Source of the DNA: Epithemia pelagica
Taxonomy: Eukaryota > Protista > Bacillariophyta
Direction: 5' to 3'
Length of the DNA: 64,000 bases
NCBI GenBank assembly: GCA_946965045.2
Contig: OX337230.1
Span: forward strand, 3,162,001 to 3,226,000
Positions 21,782-32,446 of the stretch are shown here, piece by piece. Numbering within the stretch: position 1 is the stretch's first letter; each line of letters opens with the position of its first letter. Both the position numbers and the translations under genes were made by a program. Under the pieces are notes generated by a model. The model searched no databases. It saw nothing but the letters and a program-made list of their open reading frames with translations, and was not told the DNA's origin.

Positions 21782-24520
21782 TTACACCCTCATGCGACGA
21801 AAGAATCGAGGGGGTGATCGCGTTGACTTGGACGTGGTGGTCGAAGTGGAAGTGGCCGTGGCTTCGGTCTCTTGTGATTTGTTCACATCGCGACATGCCA
21901 CATCGTTCTTGGAATCATTATAGCACTGGTCATCGTAGTAATCGTCGTCGTAGGGATGCAATTTTCCATGCATTCCCACGTCCTCGTAGTATTCCTCCTC
22001 CTCCTCATATTCGTAATAGGAGTTGTGCTCACTATCTTCCCACGAGTAGAGTTCGCTATCCTCTCCAGACGAAGAACAGGAAGAGGACGAACGAGGACCC
22101 TGAGGCATCAAATCTCTGCGACACGGAAACAAGCTGTCTTCCACGGGGACATCCTTTTGACGTTCCCATTCGGTTAAGTGGCCACCTTCGTTGTTGGTAG
22201 ACAAAACTTTTCCTTGTAGAGCGACTACCACATCTTTCGCAATGCGAGGACATGTATCCGCTGCAGCAGTAGCTGCAGCCCCCAATACAGTGCTCCATGA
22301 ATGTGGGCTAGCGCCAGCATGGTTGATATCGGCAGCGTTCGTGGAAGGATCACAACGTCCACCGTTTCGTTCCAACGACGTGGACAAGGGAGGTTCATCA
22401 TCCGGACAGCTGTCATTGTCATCTTGACACCTCAAGTCTTTTAACAAGGTCGTTATACCAGGAGGCGGTATGCGGTTCACGGCCGATGTCGTTCCTGGAC
22501 CTGGAGGACTAGTGCATTTGGAAGGAAAACACATGTCTGCGTCGTCATGAAACTCAATGTCGTGTTCTCTTCGTCTTGTCAAGACCTCTCGTTGCTGCTG
22601 TCTCTCGTGATGCTCGAGTTGGGACATGAAAGACGACATGAAAATGGTATAGTACGATCCAGAACCAATGGAATATTGCTTTTCTCGTGTCACTGTTTCC
22701 TGCAGTGACTGCATCCGCTGCCGGGCCAAGTATTCTTCCATGGTCCAATCATCGTTTGAAGCGTTGCTGTTTTCGTCGTCCGACGAGACCAATCGCAACA
22801 ACACACCACCATAGTCCACGTCATCTTCTTCTTGTTCCTTGTCATTGCCATTGTCTTTTTCGTTTGGATGGGGAGCACGGCCATCTTGATGACTTTCAGA
22901 CTGCGATTCGTGGTGGTGACGACGCGCATTAGATTGCCGACTCCTTTGCTTCAGCAACAACAGATCATGGTCGTCGTCCCCTTCCTTGTCACAACCCTTT
23001 GATTCCGTGCTGCCGTAGATGGATGCAAAACTTCGATGACGATGTGAAGAAGACGTCGCGACACAAAGTTTTTGCAAGTTGCTTCGACTCTTGTGTAACG
23101 AGGGTGGTTCGTTTTCATCTTCTTCGTCATCATCATAATACGATCCACCGTATCGTAGTTTGGGCACTTCTTCTGATTGTGCCAGAGCCATTTGGTGACG
23201 CAATTGATGTTGTCTGTGCGATTCAAGCCAATGCAAGGTATCTTCGGAATGAATTATCTCGGTCGTTGTTGTTGCTGTAGTTGTTTCCTGAACGCTGACA
23301 GTTCGTTCTACACTAGGTGGCTCTGCGATGGCTTTTGATTGCGGTGTGGACCATGGAGTTGCCGCGATGAGTCCATATTCGTCTTCATCATGTGGGTGTG
23401 ATGGTTCTCGTTCTTGCTGTGGTTGTTCTTGCAACTGTTCGTCGGCTTTGGTTTTGCGGTGTTGTCGGCGTCTCAAGAGTTTGGGAATCCGTCGTGGCAA
23501 ACGCGCCGAGTGTGGAGCCTGTTCTTGAGTTTGCGGCCTCGAGGATGTCTGTCTTGTCAGTGAAATGGATTTTTCTCCACCTTTAGCATTCCTATAGCAC
23601 ACCACGCTCGAAGCACGAATCGAGGTATTTCTTGTGGTTTGCTCCTGCTCCTGCAAGGATTCGACTCGTTGTTGAGAACGTGACTTGTTTTTGGACAGAG
23701 ATAATGTTCTCTTGTGACGCTTGATCGTAACATGCTTGCAGCTTGTCTCGGGTTCTTCCTTGTGTTCTTCTTCTTCTTTTGGTGAACTGACTCGACCTTT
23801 AGGTGATGAAGGTGATTGTGGTTGTTGGTCCAGTCGTATCACACCCATGAGTTGCATCGACTCCACGGGCGCCGCAACAGGAGCTTGTCGTCGTTTGGAT
23901 GAGGACAAAGGACGTTTTCCAGGAGGCTCTCGCTTGCTGTTGGTGGACTGCAGCAAGTCATCGTACGACAAGGAGCGACGTGGGATTGGAGTTGGAGAAT
24001 CGTGACTAGCTTCCGCATATTGTTGGCTACTAGACACGCAAGTCGTTGCTGGAGAAGTAGACCGGGAGGGCGTCACTGCCATGGTTTCATGGGAGGATGG
24101 CAAGTTGTTCTGCTGTTGTTTTTGTTGCTGGTGTCCTTCCAGCGATGACGAGGATCGTTTGCCAAAGGATAAAAGCAAGGACGGTTTTTTCCAGGGTTTG
24201 TTGCTCGAGGAGGCCTTGCTTCGAGACGTGGAAAGAGGCACTGGTGGAGGCCGTTGTTCAGGGAGTTCTTCGCGTTCTCGTTCTCGTTCTTGCTGTTGTT
24301 GTTGTTGTTTCGGAGCGCTGCTGCCTCTGGTTTTGGCAGCTGTGCCTGGGTCTGTTGTTGCTGTTGAGGCTTTGGATCTTTGGATCAAGGCCAATTCTTT
24401 GCTGCTCGGAGGATCAACGGCTACCACTCGACGTCTTATACTGGTGGTTACATGATGATGATCCATCCTGGACAAGGATGTTGACGACGAATGAAGTGCA
24501 GGAGAAGGAACTGCTGTCAT
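21782..24520 (-). CDS. Hypothetical intrinsically disordered protein (912 aa)
   Basis: Long ATG-initiated ORF, S/Q/E/R-rich, no recognisable globular domain. Confidence 0.7.
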   Translation of the reverse strand: MTAVPSPALHSSSTSLSRMDHHHVTTSIRRRVVAVDPPSSKELALIQRSKASTATTDPGTAAKTRGSSAPKQQQQQQEREREREELPEQRPPPVPLSTSRSKASSSNKPWKKPSLLLSFGKRSSSSLEGHQQQKQQQNNLPSSHETMAVTPSRSTSPATTCVSSSQQYAEASHDSPTPIPRRSLSYDDLLQSTNSKREPPGKRPLSSSKRRQAPVAAPVESMQLMGVIRLDQQPQSPSSPKGRVSSPKEEEEHKEEPETSCKHVTIKRHKRTLSLSKNKSRSQQRVESLQEQEQTTRNTSIRASSVVCYRNAKGGEKSISLTRQTSSRPQTQEQAPHSARLPRRIPKLLRRRQHRKTKADEQLQEQPQQEREPSHPHDEDEYGLIAATPWSTPQSKAIAEPPSVERTVSVQETTTATTTTEIIHSEDTLHWLESHRQHQLRHQMALAQSEEVPKLRYGGSYYDDDEEDENEPPSLHKSRSNLQKLCVATSSSHRHRSFASIYGSTESKGCDKEGDDDHDLLLLKQRSRQSNARRHHHESQSESHQDGRAPHPNEKDNGNDKEQEEDDVDYGGVLLRLVSSDDENSNASNDDWTMEEYLARQRMQSLQETVTREKQYSIGSGSYYTIFMSSFMSQLEHHERQQQREVLTRRREHDIEFHDDADMCFPSKCTSPPGPGTTSAVNRIPPPGITTLLKDLRCQDDNDSCPDDEPPLSTSLERNGGRCDPSTNAADINHAGASPHSWSTVLGAAATAAADTCPRIAKDVVVALQGKVLSTNNEGGHLTEWERQKDVPVEDSLFPCRRDLMPQGPRSSSSCSSSGEDSELYSWEDSEHNSYYEYEEEEEYYEDVGMHGKLHPYDDDYYDDQCYNDSKNDVACRDVNKSQETEATATSTSTTTSKSTRSPPRFFRRMRV

Positions 24521-26443
24521 GAGTATATATGTCTACTTTTCTTTTCCAGATGTTCCTGCTTGTTTCTCGTGAGCAGGGAAAATGCAGCCTCCAGACAGAA
24601 CCCCCAGCAAGATGGCTTCGTTTTCTTCTCTAACGCACTATTTCCGACACGGTTTGATTTTTACGGAACAAGGGTGGACTCAAACTGGATCGAACGAGAT
24701 GACTGGTTGAAACAAAAAGGGAAAATTCGAATGATTCGGCACCAAAAGTGGATCAAACGTTGTTGTTGTTTCGCTTTTGGACACCTTGGGCACAAAAGGC
24801 TTCGTATCGCCCCTTGTTGACTTTCTTGTTGTTCTGCCTTTTTCAGTGTGGCCTTTCCCTGTATCGTTTGTTGTCCTCCAAAACCAAGTGTTGCAGGGAG
24901 TATCGGTAGTTGATAGGATATGAGTGATTGGTCTTTCTCCTCAACTGTTGAGTAACAACGCTTCGTGACTGGACTGCTGGACTGCTCCCAGATTTTCGAG
25001 TTCCACTCTCCACTCAAACAAGAACTGGAGCAAGCCAGTTCCAAACGAAACACTGCACCACAATGGCCGTCACGGCTACCACTCTCCTTCGACTTTCCCT
25101 TGTTGCCTGTCCCCTTTAGCCCTCCCCAATCCGACTCTCCTAGCAAAACACCCCAAGTTTATGAAGAACGGCCACTGTCCTTCCCTGGATGTTGTTGTTT
25201 CGTGTCCTGACAGAATTGACAACTCCGCCTGATTCGTTGGAGCAGAGAGAGTGTGTGTTTTCTATGTGAATCGTTCTTGTGGTATGATTGTCGTCCTCCT
25301 CGGATTCCCACCATCTGATTGTTAGCCGTGGCGAACTCGAAGACAACCCAAATCACCTTGTCCCCTCCCTTTTTCGTCTTGGCGCACACACCCGAGCAGA
25401 GCCGTGGTGCCGACAAGCTCTGAAATTGGTGGATACCGATCCTGGCTTATGTGTGAGCGCATGGCGATGGCACCGCCTCCCGGTAAGGCTTAAGTTATCG
25501 TCACGCAAGTCAGTTTCAAAGGGTCATCGATCCTCCCCCAAGCGCAGGCCAGGTTCAGTTTGGGGAATCCCCCAAGGCTTCGAATCCCGTCCGACGGACG
25601 AACCCTTCTGGAGTTCCCACTCCCTGGATCGGATCGAACTCCATTCAATTTACGTAGATAATGAAGATGGATTATCTTACGACCGAGGAGATGTAGTACG
25701 TTCCATGCAGTCACGCAAGACTCGTCTCCCCTCGAGTTGCTACTGGTGGATGCTATCTATATCTATTGCCTTGGGTGCTACGTCTTCTCCTTTCATGTGT
25801 GTTGGTTTGCACTAGCACAAGACTCTTCGATCGACTCGGTGCATGGATTATGCCTCGAAATTTGAAATCCGTCCAGCAAAACACATACCCTTCTGTCATG
25901 GCATAAGTACATGGTCGATTGATGGAATCGAGGAATGACTCCCCCTCTCCCTGAAAGATCCGCATCATTGTCATTCGTCATCGGCTTGCAACTTGTCATG
26001 CCCTCACGCTCACGATTCTGCCAACCTAGAGGCCATACACGAGCGAAGAGTATGTGTGATGTATATCTGGTACGCACAACGGTTGAGGCCATTCTCTTGT
26101 TGCTCGACTTAGCAGCTGCCTAGGCGACTACCTAGGAACCAGTTGACCTATGGCCGTCGTTCGAGTTCTACATACTCCTACTTGTGCTTCCAATACTTCT
26201 GCTCCTCTATCCCGTATTTTCTTCATTTGTAGTCCTACGAAATCTACATTAGGACGTTGTAGGCAAACAGTTGATAAGCAATAGGACGACGGACGACTCG
26301 AGCAACAGTCTCAGTGTGTGCAGAGACCTAGTAGTAGATGTACTTCCTCCAAGGAGTATTTTTCTAAATGGTGTTGTTTGTGTGTGGTCAATTCATTTGG
26401 GGGGCACAACATATAGGCTGGAGAAAACAAGACGGATAGGTTC

Positions 26444-29038
26444 TTACCATGTGGGTGTAACCTCCGTAAGAAACTGCAATGATTCCGACCTGGACGAGGA
26501 CCTGGAGGAACTTGCCGACCACCCGCTTTCATGCTTGACGCGTTCATTCTCCTCCTCTCGGTCGTGATGACTGGTCATGCTGGAATGGTCAAAGGTGTCA
26601 GTCACGACAATTTCTCCCGGAGGAATGTCGTGATAACAATACCCAAACAGAGGATGACCCTCAGCCTCAATGTCGTGCTCGTCGTCGGCCTCGAGAAACA
26701 AACACTGGGATTGGTCGTCATCGTCATATGCATTGTCGTCATTACCCGACCGTTCGTCGTGTGATGGTTGCTCTTGCGTTGATGGATCACCTTGTTGGAT
26801 CAAGAGTGTTTGTGGAGGAATGGAAAAGGCTGCCTCAGGTTCCTCGACCAGAGTTGATGCACAAGGCAAACAGCCCATCCATAATTTGGACGTTACAGCG
26901 CGTCTGCGAGGGCTGGACGTGCTGCTCTCGTTCTTGTGGTTCTTCTCATCTTGGTCTGCTCCCAAAAACGAGCAGGAGGCCAACCGGGTCGATCCTTGAC
27001 CGGGTTCCCCCTGTTCTGGATCCGATTGGAGATGATCCCCCCTGGCGTCGTCATGGTCATGGGGAGACACGGGTGTACCATTCTCCGAGGCATTTTCATG
27101 GAAGGAAGCAGCCGCACCATTCTGTTTGGATGACAGCCATTGGTTCCACGCATGGGCGGCAGTTTCCTTTGTGGATGCCGACGTGGTCCAGGTCGACGAC
27201 AGCTTTGGTGTAGTCCGTTTGGTGCGGACAAGCCTCGGACCAAGGGGCGAGGAGGTCCTTCTGGTGGCGACAACGGGAGTGGTGGTGGTTGCGGTGCTGG
27301 TGCGGGTGGCGGGAGATGTGTGTCGAGTGGGACTTTGGTTTGGCTCTTGTTGTCGTTGTTGTTGTTCTTGATCCTCCAACAACCGATAGCGGCTCTCCTC
27401 CTGATCCATCTTTTCGAGGTTGGCGTAAGCCAAGAGCGCGGACAAACTGCGCGTTCGAACACTACTGCCGCCCCCCGAGGACGAAGGACTCTCCTCGACT
27501 TCCAGCGAGGAGGAGGCAAAGGAATCACGGGACTGGATCAAGTGCGCCAAAAAGGCCTTGTCGTCGTCGGGGACGAGAATGGAAGATTCCGTGTCTTGGT
27601 TCGAACGCCAGGATAGGGATGGCGATGCCGCCGACCAGGACGTGGTCGTGGTGGATGAGGATGTGGATGATGTATGGAGGGAATCCGTTGCCAACTTTCC
27701 CAAACCATGGTGGGACGAAGCCGAATTGGTTTCCATCGAATGATTCGATGGAGACCTCGTCGAGCAACTGCAAGTAGTCTCATCGTCATCGTCGTCTTGT
27801 TCCCACGAAACTTGACTGGAACGGTTGGTCTTGAGGGAACTGTCGTGAACCGACGAGGATTCTTCGGCAAGCCGGTTCTTTTCTCGAGTGACCTTGTACA
27901 AGAGGCTTTTCCAAATGTTGCCATTCTTTCGAGACGACGAAGTGGACGACGACGAGAAGGAGCTGGAACGAGGGGCATGCGTGCTTCGGAGCCTCCGTCT
28001 CGAGTGAGGTTTTTTCTTCTCGGTCGTAGAAGTAGGAGTCACGGCTGCAGCGGCGTCCGTGTCGGAAAATTCTCTGGAATTGGATGCCTTGATGGTCACT
28101 TCACTCTTGTTGATGCGGGTCAAGGGAACGGGTGCATACCAGGACGCGGAAGCTGAGGATGTGGAGGAGACGGGCGACCGTAGAACCTGGTGCTGAGAAG
28201 AAGAAGATGGCCGTCGTTTCCGAGGCGAGGTGGAACAGGACCTCCTGGGTACCGATGAGGATAATGACGGAGATGGTGCCATGGGTGGCCGTCGTTTCTG
28301 AGGAGAGGTGGAGAAGGACCTCCGAGATGGCGCACCCGACGAGGACGACGGAGATGGTGCCATGGGTGGACGACGTGTCCTGTTTGCTCTGGTGGTGGAC
28401 CCTGCGGGAGCAACAGCAGTAGCGTGGCGTTGTCGTTGTCGTTGTCGAGCGGTCCGAGGTAACATGAAAGCACTGGGATCGGCCAATGTAGGCGCTGGTT
28501 GTGGTTGTCGTTGTGGTCGATTCAAACTATCACGGGCTTTGTTCGACCGTGGTCCATGGACGCTCGTCGAAGCGGGTTGGTGTGTGGAAGAACTACTCCA
28601 GTAGTGTCGCTCTGCTGGTTTGGGGGGAGAGGGCTCGGACGCGACCAGGGTCCTTCTTGTTCTGAAAGAAGAAGGACCCTTGTCGTTCTTCTTCTTGTTG
28701 ATGTTGGTTGGTGGACTGTGCTTGGACGACTTGTCCTTTTGGTGTTTTCGTAGAGACTTGGATTCCAGGTCCGTCACCACCACAACCGAGGCCACGGATC
28801 GTGTCAACTTTTGATTCTGGGGTGCACCGTCCATCGTTGTGGTCTTGTTCGGGAGGCGGCGCCTTGTGGGAGACGTGGTGACAAACGACGAGGGCATGGG
28901 GTGGTGAGTGACTTGTGCCGTAGTACTCATGAATGACACTTGCCAGAAAAAACGTCTCCTCCTTGTTAGCTTGGACAAAACAAAAGCCCAATGGAACCAA
29001 ACTATGGACTGTTCGTGCTCTGGTTCCGAACTGGACAA
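26444..29038 (-). CDS. Hypothetical disordered S/T/R-rich protein (likely ATG 28930); paralog of 35467-38277
   Basis: Long ORF; shares ordered motifs with 35467-38277 (VTIKASNS, IWKSLLYKV, RSLSALLA, WNQWLSS, LPC). Confidence 0.75.
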   Translation of the reverse strand: MSSSEPEHEQSIVWFHWAFVLSKLTRRRRFFWQVSFMSTTAQVTHHPMPSSFVTTSPTRRRLPNKTTTMDGAPQNQKLTRSVASVVVVTDLESKSLRKHQKDKSSKHSPPTNINKKKNDKGPSSFRTRRTLVASEPSPPKPAERHYWSSSSTHQPASTSVHGPRSNKARDSLNRPQRQPQPAPTLADPSAFMLPRTARQRQRQRHATAVAPAGSTTRANRTRRPPMAPSPSSSSGAPSRRSFSTSPQKRRPPMAPSPSLSSSVPRRSCSTSPRKRRPSSSSQHQVLRSPVSSTSSASASWYAPVPLTRINKSEVTIKASNSREFSDTDAAAAVTPTSTTEKKKPHSRRRLRSTHAPRSSSFSSSSTSSSRKNGNIWKSLLYKVTREKNRLAEESSSVHDSSLKTNRSSQVSWEQDDDDDETTCSCSTRSPSNHSMETNSASSHHGLGKLATDSLHTSSTSSSTTTTSWSAASPSLSWRSNQDTESSILVPDDDKAFLAHLIQSRDSFASSSLEVEESPSSSGGGSSVRTRSLSALLAYANLEKMDQEESRYRLLEDQEQQQRQQEPNQSPTRHTSPATRTSTATTTTPVVATRRTSSPLGPRLVRTKRTTPKLSSTWTTSASTKETAAHAWNQWLSSKQNGAAASFHENASENGTPVSPHDHDDARGDHLQSDPEQGEPGQGSTRLASCSFLGADQDEKNHKNESSTSSPRRRAVTSKLWMGCLPCASTLVEEPEAAFSIPPQTLLIQQGDPSTQEQPSHDERSGNDDNAYDDDDQSQCLFLEADDEHDIEAEGHPLFGYCYHDIPPGEIVVTDTFDHSSMTSHHDREEENERVKHESGWSASSSRSSSRSESLQFLTEVTPTW

Positions 29039-30046
29039 GATTTGGTGTTGTCAAGAACGCGCAAACGACAACGGACTTGCTTCTTTGAAAAGTGTAGGAT
29101 TGCCGATGCAGTAATGTGTGGTTGATAATGTTGGAATGAAACACGAGACCATAGGAAACTGCCTGCTCTCTTGTGTATGCCGGGCGCTTTGGGGTAGAGC
29201 GTGACTTTTGGTGAGGCAAGCGGCAAACCGAGATTTGAGATGTGTGCTTCTTCCAAGGAAAGGAAAGAGGTAAAGCGTGGACCCTCCTTCTCCTTTGCCC
29301 TTTCTTATGAGAGTGTACGACTTAGCTGGACGATTATCTTGGATATTTTTTTTGTATTTCTTGGACTCTCTCAGTTCTCAGTCGCAAATGGCAACTCAAA
29401 ATCAATCTGAGAGATCGGAGGCCCAGACAAACACAATGCCGACCAAAGCGAAGAAAAGCTACAAAGCATTCCTGGGAAATGACAGACCAAAAGTGTCCTA
29501 CAAAATTATTGTGGCAGCCCCAAAGTTTCCCCACGACATGAGACAGTTTCTGAAGTCATAATGTCTGCGTCGCAGTGTTTCGATAGGGTGTATCTGTCTT
29601 CTCACACATAACTTCCTTCCAGGAAGGATGCAGCGCGCAGAGTCGACGTCGATTCAAGAGAAATAGCCTCTCCGATCTCCGATTGTTATATGGCGTTGTG
29701 TGCTCTCGGCGCCAAAACTCTTGTGAAATGAGGGAATGGCCGAGTTGGGCGCCATCGTTGGTTTGGTCTGAGCATTTTATGGCGGCGGAATCGGCATTTG
29801 ACTCGAATCAGAGACTCGGCTGGCTTTTGGATTCGTTGAACGGAAATTTTGATTTTACCTAACAGTCCATTTTCCAAATATCATCCAAGGCAATAATCTC
29901 TAGCCTCCAAGGCAATAATAATAAGTTAGTCGTGTCGGATGCAGCATCGTCTCTAACTATTCGTAATTTTGTGTGGCGATGAAACTACTCTTGCTACGAA
30001 GGGTAATGGGTGGCGGGTGGGAGACTAGAGGTATTCCTTTTCCTAG

Positions 30047-31637
30047 TGCCTCCTCTAGCCGTGTGCCCATTACAGGTCAAAACGACCCTTTGGGCACATG
30101 TTTTCAACTAGATATAACATGACCAATATTAGGCCTACGGCAACATGTGGATGCTCAAACTTTTTCTTCAAGACATCCTCTGTCACCATTTGATATGCCA
30201 TGACACCCATATATGACATATCTAGGTCAAATGAGCGCCTCCATTGGGGGCTTGTGCACCGTGATGGTGCATGTGGGCACACTTGGGCACATGTGGGCCC
30301 ACCATTTTGGGAGGTCGCATGACAGTCCTATGACCATGATAAGACGTCGAGACGTTTTTGGCAGATGCATTGTAACACTTTTGCGCCATTTTTTGTCCCA
30401 TGGTCGACTTTCCCAGCCACGTCCCGGCCATGTCCGGCCTGGCGTGTTCAGGTCGGCGCTGATTCGGAAGTGCGAACCCCACGGGGGACACCCAGAAGAT
30501 TCTTTGACAAAAATGTGTACCCCAAAATTTTGAACGCACACACCAATCCAACAATCATACAATGGCAACACATGTTCTTGTGCTATTTGAACAGTCCCCA
30601 TCGGGATTGTTCATCAGGATGAGAAATGCTCTATGGAAGCTTTTTGCGTTCAAGTATTTGAACCTTTTTGTAATGGGAATCATTACAAAAAGTGTCAATT
30701 TCTTGAGCACGACAACAAGACAACGAGAGAACGACAGTGTCGAGGGTAGCGATAAAAGCAAGACAAAACAGACGACAACAAAGAAGAAGGAATGGCTGGA
30801 GGAAGTCGGCTTGGTCCTGGGTCCAGGGCTTTCATCAGGGCCAGCAATGAAACTGTGATCATTGTGCAAGCCCGGGGCAGCAAGGCTTGGGAAGTTGAGC
30901 TACTCGACATGAGGGATGGAAGCAGGACACGTGAGCTCTTACACAAGACATCTTACCAGCTTCGAAAGATAAATCAAGATGACAGATTCCCTGGAGATGT
31001 CTATCGTGCGCTGCACCGTCCAGCAGCAGGAGCACGACAAGTGCAACAGCAGCAGGGACAGCAGCTCCCTCAGACACTGCAATTACTCACGTGGCCACCC
31101 AAAAACAACAACCACAACAATGAGAGCAAGATCAACATGAACAAGAAATGGCGGCCTCATCAAATGCACAACAGGTCCTCCTCGTCACCACGCGGTCTGG
31201 AGCCAACGAGAATGAAAACTTGACAGGAATCGACGTTGTTGTTGGTGCTCGTCGTCAACGCCAGCGACCACAACAACCAAATAGCAACCTGTCCTTTGAG
31301 TTCTCTGAGACTCAGGAGCCAAGTGTTGCCTACAACTTCAAATACTAGGACGTAGTAAGTCTAAATGCCGAGCTTTACATGAGTTTCTATAATGTGCCCA
31401 TAATGTGCCCACACACGTTGCACGCACCACAAGCTTCTATTAGAGGCACTCCTATGACCCCCATATGTCCTATGTAGGCCAAATGGAGCATCAAATGGTG
31501 ACAGAGAATGCCTTAAAGATTGGTAAGATGCATCAGATCACTGTCGTAGGGCTAATATTGATCGAGTTATTCCTTGTTGAAAACATGTGCCCAACGGTAC
31601 GTTTTCGCCTGTCATGGGCACACCCGGAGAGAAGGCA
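30047..31637. mobile_element. Non-autonomous element (1591 bp) with ~245-bp imperfect terminal inverted repeats, flanked by CTAG
   Basis: 30047-30292 aligns to the reverse complement of 31391-31637 (TGCCT(C/T)CTCT, GTGTGCCCAT(T/G)ACAGG, TTGGGCACATGTTTTCAAC, CTCTGTCACCATTTGAT). CTAG at 30043-30046 and 31638-31641. Repeated GGGCACA(T) motifs in both arms. Confidence 0.8.
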
Positions 31638-31669
31638 CTAGAGGAGTACTCCTAGGAGTAGAACCTTAG

Positions 31670-32431
31670 GCTATCTCCACCCGGGGCCGCTAAAGGTCCA
31701 AAAACCGCCATCGAACTCCACCATCTCCTCTAACCGCTAAACAGCTCCGCTATCCGCTATTTTTGCCGCTATTTGGGGAGCGGATAATAGCGGAGCATAA
31801 TATAAGCGTCGGCATAAATAAATTAACGTCTGCTGCCAACAGTATCTCTCGTGTCGAAAACATGGCAATGGCACGTATTGATTGTGACAATCGCTTACCA
31901 TCTCTTTTTCCATTGTTGTGTTCCCTACTTCCTACAATGGGACAAAAACTTTGCACAGCAAGATGATTCGAGGAACACTGATCGGAAGGAATGCAACAAT
32001 CAAACAAATGCATCATTCAAACTATTGATGAGTTCCATTATCAGACAATCAATCGGAAATTGGACAGGGAATAGGACGATTGGACAGCAACCTACAACCT
32101 ACATCTACATTGGCCATGAACAACAACATGATTCATCATGACAGTCAACAATGCAGAGGGAAAACAACGAGTCCTCCATCTTTGGTTTATGCTTTGTGCT
32201 CTCGTTGATTGTCTTGTTTGAATTCCGCAACTTCCGCGGCCGCACCCCTTTTTAACCGAAACAAGAGAGGGCATATGCGCAATGCGTACGCGCAGCGCGA
32301 GATAGCGGCGTTCTTTTAACGGAGATCGTGGAGTTTATTTCCCTTTGGCTCCGCTAATCCGCTATCCGGATAGCGAGGCCAATCAGAAAGCCCCAATACG
32401 TCAGCATAGCGGCGCTCGGGTGGAGATAGCC
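31670..32431. mobile_element. MITE (762 bp), 15-bp perfect TIR GGCTATCTCCACCCG, TTAG direct flanks, CCGCTA subterminal repeats
   Basis: Left GGCTATCTCCACCCG at 31670; right CGGGTGGAGATAGCC ending 32431; TTAG at 31666-31669 and 32432-32435. Multiple CCGCTA/TAGCGG motifs near both ends. No transposase ORF. Confidence 0.8.
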
Positions 32432-32446
32432 TTAGGAACTCAACAG

